A DNA stretch of 64,000 bases. It comes from Longimicrobiales bacterium (GTDB taxonomy: Bacteria; Gemmatimonadota; Gemmatimonadetes; Longimicrobiales; Gaopeijiaceae). The notes beneath the pieces were generated by a model. That model was not told the DNA's origin, did no database searches, and saw only the letters and a list, made by a program, of their open reading frames with translations. This document shows positions 57,696 to 64,000 of the stretch, piece after piece; the stretch's first letter is position 1; each line of letters begins with the position of its first letter. The translations under genes and the position numbers were made by a program. The DNA is taken from positions 1,984,001-2,048,000 of the forward strand of contig OZ250165.1 in the NCBI GenBank assembly GCA_965238005.1. The letters are read 5' to 3'.

Positions 57696-58121
57696 ATGAA
57701 GAAGAACTGGAAACTCCGGGGAAGCGGATTCAAGCACACCCTACCAGCCGTGTTGCCGTAGTATGCCGTCTGGGTCTTGGTGGTGGTGCTGACGGCGCCG
57801 GTCATCACCGTCGCCATGATGCTAGGCGATGTTGTGCCGGAATCGTCGCACAATGACATCTGGTTCTTCCTTCTTACCCGAGTGCCCGTAGTCGCGTTGG
57901 CGGCCGTGGGGCTCGCGATCTTCACGACCAACCGAGTGGCGGGGCCGTTGATACACCTGAGACGGGCCTTCGAGGCTGTCGAGCGCGGCAACATGGATCG
58001 CCGTCTACGATTCCGACGGAGCGATAAGCACTTACGGGAACTCGAGGCGGCCTTTAACGAGATGATGTTGGCGCTGCGCGAGCGGACCGATTCCCCCAGA
58101 GGCCTGGAAGCTGAGGAGTGA
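57696..58121 (+). pseudogene. Small TM-TM-HAMP protein with an in-frame TAG at 57759-57761
   Basis: ATG 57696 MKKNWKLRG...VLP*YAVWVLVVV...; NRVAGPL..L.RA..V..G....L.FR..D..L.EL...FN.M. Confidence 0.65.
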
Positions 58122-58381
58122 CCATCGGCGAACATCCACGTCATCCTCGATAACTACGCCACGCACAAACATCCCAAGGTGCAACAGTGGCTCCACCGTC
58201 ATCGGCGCGTCCATTTCCATTTCACGCCCACCTCCGCGTCCTGGCTCAATCTTGTCGAACGGCTCTTCAGCGAACTCACCGAGCGACAACTGCGGCGCCT
58301 CGCCGTCACCAGTGTCGACGAGTTGACCCAAGCCATCACCGACTACATCGAGTGTCGCAACGAAAACCCCAAACCATTCAG
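58122..58381 (+). mobile_element. IS630-family transposase, C-terminal fragment
   Basis: IHVILDNYATHKHPKV..WL..H.R..FHFTPTSASWLNLVER.F...NPKPF. Confidence 0.9.
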
Positions 58382-58559
58382 CCCCCCGATACCGAAAGCA
58401 ACCCGAAGACGCTCAGAGCGCGTGTTAGGGCTGTTATCTGCCCTTCTACTTGCGCCTACCGGCCCGTTCTCGGATGTTGACCGGGTCTGATCCTAGGCGC
58501 TGCTCGACGGGGAGGGTTCCGTGAAGAAGAAGGCTGTCTCCCACACGGAGGACGTGACC

Positions 58560-58844
58560 ATGCGTAAAGCAGTTCATCTGGGGATGCTCTTCCTGGCCTA
58601 TGGTACGCCACCACGCGCGCAGGAGGCGGTCCCAATCCGGATCGATGATCGGGTGCGTTTCCGGACGACCCAAGGAATCGATCACGAGGGCTGGGTGCGC
58701 GGCCTGACTGCCGGAGCCATCGAAGCGGCGTCCGAGCTGTCGCTGTTACCAAATCTCCCTGCCGTCCGGGGGCCTCATCCCCAGGGCCAGGGAGGGGGTG
58801 CACCAACACAGCAGTTGGCACCGCAACTGGAAGCAAGTCAATGA
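58560..58844 (+). pseudogene. Probable remnant of a secreted protein
   Basis: GGAGG RBS + ATG, signal-like start, AQEAVPIRIDDRVRF; 3' half looks non-coding. Confidence 0.35.
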
Positions 58845-59203
58845 GACGTTCCGTGTTGCCGCGTGTTGCGGCTGTAGTGTTTGCGCTAGGACTGTTCTCC
58901 TGTGGAGATGGAGAGGACACAACAGAGCCTGAGATTTTGGAGGTGGCGAGCGTGGAGGTAAGCCCGTCGAGCGACACGATAATGGTGGGCCAGACGGTAC
59001 AGCTGCTCGCGATTGTGAAGGGTGCGGCGGGCGGCATTCTGACCCGAACGATCACCTGGTCATCAAGCGACGGCTCGGTAGCTACAGTGAGCGGGACAGG
59101 TCTGGTCACGGGCGTGGGGGTGGGCAGTGCGACGATCACGGCAACGAGCGAGGGGGAGTCTGGGACGGCGTCGGTGATGGTCGTCATAACTGCCGCGCGG
59201 TAG
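58841..59203 (+). CDS. Lipoprotein with a single Ig-like (Big_2) domain
   Basis: Lipobox LFSC; VASVEVSP...VGQTVQL...TWSSSD.SVATVS.TGLVT...GSATITATSEG. Confidence 0.85.
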   Translation: MRRSVLPRVAAVVFALGLFSCGDGEDTTEPEILEVASVEVSPSSDTIMVGQTVQLLAIVKGAAGGILTRTITWSSSDGSVATVSGTGLVTGVGVGSATITATSEGESGTASVMVVITAAR

Positions 59204-59533
59204 GCGTCTGGGTCACACGCTGCGCCCGCCGGTCGGCATCTTGGACTGCGCAGCATCTATAAGGCGAAGAAAGTCAACAGGGCGAAGCCCTCCCTTACCC
59301 GTCCGCCCCGAAACGGGTTGGAGAGTCGATGTGGGAAGTGGTCTGCTCTGGTAACTGATGGAATCTGGACATTCTTGGTGTAATCGCGTGCTCAGCGTAC
59401 AAGCCCCACCACCTACCCATAACACCCCTCGCCTTCGACTCGGCCACTGTTCGGGTGTTCGGTACCGTTTGGGGGGTAAGGGGAAAACGCAGAGAGTTGC
59501 CCAATATAGCGATGAGCCCCAACTCTTTTTTGC

Positions 59534-59818
59534 ATGTCCTCCGACGAATCCTACCTGCCTGACTTCTTTACTTCTGATCAGCTGGAGTGGTATCGCAGCC
59601 TGAGCGAGCGATTATCCTCTGTGGAATGGGCCTATCGGCTCCGATTCCCGATCCTCTCCAGGGATGAGATCAAGCTGATCCGCGACGTACTCGCCAAGAG
59701 TTCGCATCCCACTCGACGCCCGAAGATCGCACGCGCCCTGCTTCGTTCTCGCCTCGCGCGCTCCGGCATCTCAATCTCCGACAACCGCCTCCGCGAGAAG
59801 ATCAAGGCGGCCTCCTAG
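59534..59818 (+). CDS. Hypothetical protein
   Basis: 94-aa ATG ORF with protein-like composition; no recognised motif. Confidence 0.4.
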   Translation: MSSDESYLPDFFTSDQLEWYRSLSERLSSVEWAYRLRFPILSRDEIKLIRDVLAKSSHPTRRPKIARALLRSRLARSGISISDNRLREKIKAAS

Positions 59819-59996
59819 GCTAGTTTTTCGCACGAAGCTCGGGCCCGAAGATCGCGTGAAAAACACGCGAACATGACCTGAGTTCTACCGCAAGCCATCT
59901 CTCCTGGAATGAGCGTACCTCCTCCCGTATGCGAGGCCATGACCGGTGGGCATCCGCCCCGGCCCAAGCCGCGCAACTACAAAAGGAGGAACGATT

Positions 59997-60698
59997 ATGG
60001 ACGAGCAGCAGAAGTTGATTCAACAGACTCATCAGGCAGAAGCAGCAGGTGATTGGGAATTCGCAAATCGGCTTTGGGCCGAGGCGTTTGAGCGATACCC
60101 ACATGATCGAACGTTCATGGAAGCCCACGGCGACTACTTTGTCCGCCTAGTGAAGTGGGCTGAGGAATTCCGTATCAATGCGACAGCGGAGGCGGACGCA
60201 GTTGGCCCACCTCGCGTGGATCCACTACTCCATCCCGCCTACGAGCTTCGACGTGACATCGCTATGGCGCGTTTCACGGAACAACACATTGCCGATATGG
60301 ACTCGGGCGAAGTCCGGGATCAAATCGTGATGGTCCTGGCAGACAAGGAGGGGATCGAGTTCGTCGAGAATCCAGGACCGATCATTCAGACAGATGATGG
60401 GCCGCTAGTAGTAAACGTACGGTACGATTCGCCGCCGTCGCTGGAGGACGAGTGGCCCAGGCGAGATTTGGAGCGCTTTCATCCGGCGACCATCGTCGCG
60501 GTGTTACTGGAAGACGCATGCCAGGAACTCCATTTTGTGTGCTCTCGAATTCTCAACGGGATTGCCGACCTCGAGCACGTGCGTTCGTTACGCCGGCGTA
60601 AGGTGAGGGGGTACCGCCGTTACCGCAGGTGGGAACGAATTTCGCAACGGAGGGATAAAGAAACGCACCAACCCGCAAGAGCACGGAGTCGAGAATGA
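59997..60698 (+). CDS. Hypothetical protein
   Basis: AAAGGAGGA RBS before ATG 59997; ATGA overlap with the next gene. Confidence 0.6.
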   Translation: MDEQQKLIQQTHQAEAAGDWEFANRLWAEAFERYPHDRTFMEAHGDYFVRLVKWAEEFRINATAEADAVGPPRVDPLLHPAYELRRDIAMARFTEQHIADMDSGEVRDQIVMVLADKEGIEFVENPGPIIQTDDGPLVVNVRYDSPPSLEDEWPRRDLERFHPATIVAVLLEDACQELHFVCSRILNGIADLEHVRSLRRRKVRGYRRYRRWERISQRRDKETHQPARARSRE

Positions 60699-61102
60699 GA
60701 CACACTCGAAGAAAGTTTCTCGCGACCACCTTGACCGTTCTCGTCACCAGCGCGTTGTCGTGCGGCGGCGGCGGCGACGGCGACGAGGCCCCCGACGGCC
60801 TCACCCCACCGACCGATGTGGACTGCCTTTCCAACGGAGCTACGGCGGACGTTGCGGGGGCCGGGGGGGACGCCGGCGGAGCGCACCGCCACGCGTTGTC
60901 GGTCTCCCAAGAAGACGTGCGGGCAGGCGTGGAGAAGACCTACGAAGTCAGCAGCCCGGGCAACCACGCACACAGCGTGACGCTCACGGCCGACCACTTC
61001 GCCTCGCTCCAGGCCAATCAGTCCGTAACGGTCGGCGTCAGCACCTGGACCGCCGCCGACGGTCGTTCCCACACTCACATCGCAGCGGTCAGCTGCTCCT
61101 GA
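60695..61102 (+). CDS. Tat-like lipoprotein with three HxH motifs (putative metal-binding)
   Basis: TRRKFL, lipobox ALSC; HRH, HAH, HTH; two further Cys. Confidence 0.75.
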   Translation: MRHTRRKFLATTLTVLVTSALSCGGGGDGDEAPDGLTPPTDVDCLSNGATADVAGAGGDAGGAHRHALSVSQEDVRAGVEKTYEVSSPGNHAHSVTLTADHFASLQANQSVTVGVSTWTAADGRSHTHIAAVSCS

Positions 61103-61502
61103 CGAGTGGAGCTAATCACCTTGCTGCGCGTGCCAGCGCCTGGTCCATGCCCGACGCCAGCGTCTCGGAGTCTCGTCGAAGAGCTGTGAAACGTTCCGCA
61201 GGTTTGTTCTCGACGAATGCCCGGCCATGGAGACGATGCAATGCATCTGTGAGGGCTCGAAACACTTCGGAGGAACGACGGGCGAGGGTGTTACCATGAC
61301 GCGGGAACGCAAGTAGGTCGTCGGTCCTACTGCTCTTCCCGTCACTATGCGCCCCCACGGTGATTCTTGGGGAAATCCCGATATTTGCGGTTAGGTTGTG
61401 CGGCTACTGGGGCTCGCGAGGCTGCACGACGTGGAGGGGCGGACGGTGGTACCGCTACGCCAGGCGACTGAGGCATGAGGGCACCTTTTCGTGCCCCGCG
61501 TG

Positions 61503-61521
61503 GGCACAATTTAGGCACAAT
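61503..61521. repeat. GGCACAAT direct repeat 3' of tRNA-Leu (possible integrase arm-type sites)
   Basis: GGCACAAT-tta-GGCACAAT about 50 nt from the tRNA 3' end. Confidence 0.45.
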
Positions 61522-61572
61522 CGGGCCGCAGAGGCCGAGTCTAGCGATGTGGAAAAGCGACGAGAAGCCAAG

Positions 61573-61655
61573 TGCCGGGGGTGGGACTCGAACCCACATG
61601 GGATTGCTCCCAGGGGATTTTAAGTCCCCTGCGTCTACCATTTCGCCACCCCGGC
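61573..61655 (-). tRNA. tRNA-Leu(TAA); CCA not encoded
   Basis: GCCGGGG acceptor stem, GGGGA-CT-TAA-AA-TCCCC anticodon arm, long variable arm, GGTTCGAGTCC T arm. Confidence 0.97.
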
Positions 61656-61736
61656 GATGTCAGGAATCCTAACGCTTCCTGCTGTTTTCCACATTGGCTA
61701 GGGCGGACGCCCTCCCTGTGTTCCGACCTCTCCCTC

Positions 61737-62300
61737 TCAACGCCCGTAGCCTTCGGGTAGTCCCTGTGGAAATCGAGAGTATCTCAGCAGGTCTCCGCTG
61801 ACTGGACGGACCTCGGCCCAACTGCTCCCGATCACGTCCAGAGAAAAGAGCCCTCCGATGACGCCCCAACTCAACGTCGTTCCGAGGAACACTACCCCAC
61901 ATGATCGCACGTTTATTACGTCGTCGTAGCTGGAGCAAGCCGCAGCCATCCCGATGCCGGTCACAGCTGCACCGATCCCGATCCACGTCCACACCTTTTT
62001 CGCTCCGAACCCGTGTCGCCGCACCTGTATCTCGCCCAGGCCGTCAAACGAGATGTTCCTGGTCCGTCCATTCGACAACAGCCACATCGACCGATCGTCG
62101 ACAGCAAGCAACTCCCCCTCTACACGGTTGCCCGCACGGTAATCGAACCGGATCACGCGTCCTTTCGTCAACTCGACGAGCCTGGAGTCCAACGGAGGAC
62201 CTAGCCCGGAGTCCGAGGCCGGGACCGCCTGAGCCGACAGCGGCTGCACGATCCATAGGGTCAGAACGGTCGCTCTTACGAGAATCGCCGAACGCATCAT
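61737..62300 (-). CDS. Secreted hypothetical protein with hydrophobic glycine-rich helices and a Cys pair
   Basis: AGGAGG RBS; signal peptide ending LSA-Q; C-terminal RFPQGLP. Confidence 0.7.
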   Translation of the reverse strand: MMRSAILVRATVLTLWIVQPLSAQAVPASDSGLGPPLDSRLVELTKGRVIRFDYRAGNRVEGELLAVDDRSMWLLSNGRTRNISFDGLGEIQVRRHGFGAKKVWTWIGIGAAVTGIGMAAACSSYDDVINVRSCGVVFLGTTLSWGVIGGLFSLDVIGSSWAEVRPVSGDLLRYSRFPQGLPEGYGR

Positions 62301-62302
62301 CG

Positions 62303-63898
62303 TTACCTCCTGAACCGGCTGGACCAGAAACTTTCCTCCATGTCGGCTTCGATCGCCTTGTAGGCGGGGGCCAGCTTCCGCAACGCCGCCGCGGGCCAAA
62401 AGAGCATCGTCGCAACCATCAACGGGTCTTCCTCGGCGATCCACTCCGACCGGTTCCACTCGTAGTAGTATCCTTGGCTCTCCAAAAAGAGCTCGTATGC
62501 CGGTGCGTCCGCCGGCATCTCGAAGGTCATTCGCAACTCGTCGCCCATGGCCGTGACCAGATATCGATCGGGGTCTCGCAGCAGATCGATTTGACTCTCC
62601 GCGACCCCGGGGTCCGAGGAGAACGACGGTGGAACGGCGATGGCCTCGGCAGGCCGCCCAAGCCGCGCCAGTCTCACTGCATCCACTCGCCAGTTCCCCT
62701 GTACCATCCTGAGTCGAACACGGATCGGCCCCGAGCCTGTGGCCTCGAAGGGGAAAGCGATCTCGTCGCCGGCAATCGGACCAGCCTCATCGAAGGTGCC
62801 GATCGAGCGCCACGGTCCAGCCCCTTCGGCCACGTCGATCACGATTCCACCGAGCATGCCCATCAGGCCTGACACGCTCTCCAGCAACTCGGGGTTCCCC
62901 CTCTCGACCTCGGCGAGCATCTCGCCTAGGCGCGTTCCGGCAAACGCCAGCCCTTGGTAGAACAGAAACGTCGAGAGAAGCGTGTTTCGCCCGGCGAGAA
63001 CGATCGCCAGCTCGCCCTCGATGGCCGGGAGCACCACGACCATCTCCTCCCACGTTCCGAGGTCTTTGGGATCGGCCTCGCTCCAACGCTCGATGCCGTC
63101 GACGCTCCGAACCGCCTCCAGACACGGTCCAGCAGCCGACTCGCACGCCACCGGCTCCAAGATCTCCGTCCCGATTTCAAAGCCGCCCTCCGAGCCATGG
63201 AACACGGATTCCGTCGGCCCCACGGGAACAGCCAGAACGCGCAGTGAGCGCACGGCGTGGGTCTCGGGCGCTTCGTTTCGCATCGTGACCGACACGATCT
63301 CGCCCGCCGTAGCCCTTCGGCGCTAAACCAGCGCGTCCAGGTCTACGGCCTCGAGGGCACGAGCGAAGCTGGAGGAGAATCCTTCGGCCGCAGGGACAGC
63401 GGTCTCTCCGTCCACGTAGAAGGTCGGGCAAGATCCGAAGCAAGACTTTGGATCGGCCGCACAGATCAGCGTGAGTCCGCCGGTGACGGCACTCCATGTG
63501 CTGAGTCCCACCTTGCCCAGGACCCCGACTTGCTCCGAATCGTTCGCCTCGAGGAGCGCGATCTCACCTGATGGAATCCGGAATTCCTGCCGCGGCGAGG
63601 TCTGAACCCGATCCGTATCGAAGCGCCACCCTTGCCCAACGACCGTATCGGAGGTAACGGCGTTCCAGCTTTGGAGCAGGACCAGATCGCCCGAAATCAG
63701 GTGGACCTTGAGGACATCGGCGCTTGACGTCGAGATCGTGCCATCCACGGAATGCAGAGTGGGATCCCATGTATTGAAGCCGCACGAGAACGATAGGAGC
63801 AGGACCACGGCCAGCGTCGGCACCATCCCCCACCGGGGGACTGAGCCCAGGCACCTCACACGCACATCCAGGTTGGCAATCCTAAGGATAGGCATCAT
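62303..63898 (-). pseudogene. Large putative lipoprotein split by one in-frame TAG at 63325-63323
   Basis: ORFs 63323-63970 and 62303-63295 are in the same frame (DALV*RRRATAGEIVSVTMRNE); lipobox SFSC; C..DPK.CFGSCPTFY; GYY.EW. Confidence 0.7.
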
Positions 63899-64000
63899 GG
63901 AAGGGGCATGGCGTCCGCCATTTGATCTCCCTTCATGACGGTATGAGTGTCTACGGCGAAGATGCGTCAATCGGGGTTCCGATCTGATACGTCATATTAC

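Noticed and set aside
57759..63325. Amber recoding or pyrrolysine as the cause of the two in-frame TAGs
   Set aside because: Many core genes here end in TAG (selB, argS-region mutase, pccB, rnz), both cases are in accessory DNA, and no pyl genes are present

Overview
High-GC bacterial chromosome segment. Gene content and protein style (Ser/Thr-kinase N-termini of the 'ALEGRYAIERELGEGGMATVY' type, the hprK-PTS-metK cluster, the sigma factor) point to Gemmatimonadota, which is an inference. A long minus-strand housekeeping backbone (about 6.2-57.2 kb) carries dusB, selB, recO, metK, a full mannose-type PTS with hprK and hpf, nusB-rib, purM, argS, a carboxylase/methylmalonyl-CoA mutase cluster, rpsA-cmk-aroA-tyrA-rnz, a TonB receptor and nadA-nadC. 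Two decayed accessory zones lie directly 3' of tmRNA (about 2.5-5.7 kb) and tRNA-Leu(TAA) (about 57.2-61.6 kb). Highlights: (1) two families of CTAG-associated miniature inverted-repeat elements with unrelated termini share a 22/23-nt GCGAAGC hairpin and a covarying stem-GACG...AGGA-stem-AAC core, and their copies or solo ends sit at stop and start codons of core genes; (2) ribosomal protein S1 has a roughly 420-aa acidic tail built from about 9 identical 114-bp repeats; (3) there are two likely CTG starts, two genes split by a single in-frame TAG, nadA-nadC without nadB, and an AT-rich palindrome inside the carboxyltransferase gene. Family assignments are from motif recognition only; no searches were run.
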